A DNA stretch of 64,000 bases. It comes from Paraspadella gotoi. Taxonomy: Eukaryota; Animalia; Chaetognatha. This document shows, piece by piece, positions 63,401-64,000 of this stretch. The position numbers and the translations under genes were made by a program. The stretch covers positions 26,382,153 through 26,446,152 of the forward strand of contig CM119266.1 in the NCBI GenBank assembly GCA_051294375.1, read 5' to 3'. Positions within the stretch are counted from its first letter, which is position 1; each line of letters starts with the position of its first letter. Below the pieces are notes generated by a model, which was given only the letters and a program-made list of their open reading frames with translations, was not told where the DNA came from and did no database searches.

Positions 63401-64000
63401 CTGCCTACGATTAATTAATTAATTAATCGATTAATTAATTAATTAATTTTAATATGTAATAATTAATTTTAAATTTATATCAGCTTCTCCTCATCGATGT
63501 GCTTAAAATTGAGGTCTGGACAGTTATTAAATATGTTTTGTTTACTTTTATCAAACAAATTCTCTTTTTATTTTCATATTTCTTTCTCTCTCTTCCTTTT
63601 ACTTTCATCTCTCTCTCTTTTTTCCTAGTCACTGATTTCATACATTGAAACATTCTTTGAATATTTACACTTCATTGATAGGGAAGCCAGGTACTCTGGG
63701 AGTGAATAAACGAGACTGTGAGAGAGTCTTGATTGAAAGCTTGCAGGGACCTGCTATGTCATTATCTTGTAAGAGTGATGGAGGCCTTAAACCACCAAAG
63801 CCTGTCCAAGTCAGGGGCAAGATAGCTTATTATAAATGAATGGATAATTTTTATATTGGTTGTACCATTTCATAATCATAGGGGAAAAAAACGAGCCTGC
63901 AGCTGGCTCTGCAGGGGCTTATTCTTTTTCTCTCTTTTCTCCTGCTGCTTCTGCTGCTGCCTTTTGATTTCTTTCTTTTCTCTCTCTCTCTCTCTCGCAT

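Overview
AT-rich invertebrate (metazoan) genomic DNA with GC-richer exons, many short (~60-150 nt) introns and TE-filled large introns; there are no prokaryotic features. Host genes were reconstructed by hand from GT/GC-AG junctions and reading phase. They are the 3' part of a p120-RasGAP (RASA1/vap-like) gene (1832-10258, +), an intronless spinster (SPNS) MFS transporter (16545-18503, +), a long-chain acyl-CoA synthetase of the ACSL1/5/6 type (19650-32219, +) and a probable further + strand membrane-protein gene whose two visible exons (32779-33063, 57773-57931) may be joined by a ~25 kb intron. Most notable: (1) a complete, phase-consistent 8-exon antisense gene nested in one RASA1 intron (5058-2805, ~575 aa: signal peptide, one TM, acidic tail with a Cys cluster and FFAT-like motif, no family I recognise); (2) four minimal type I hammerhead-ribozyme motifs from Penelope-like elements, two of them forming inverted ends around a Penelope fragment; (3) a CCA-ended 56-nt tRNA-Lys(CTT) copy fused to an LTR-like end (over-extended primer-binding site); (4) a permuted/tandem Ty3/Gypsy element around an assembly gap; (5) nested non-autonomous DNA elements with readable TSDs (hAT, Transib with CACAGTG ends, Kolobok/Sola3-type TTAA, Helentron-type HINEs). 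All family assignments come from motif recognition, not database searches.
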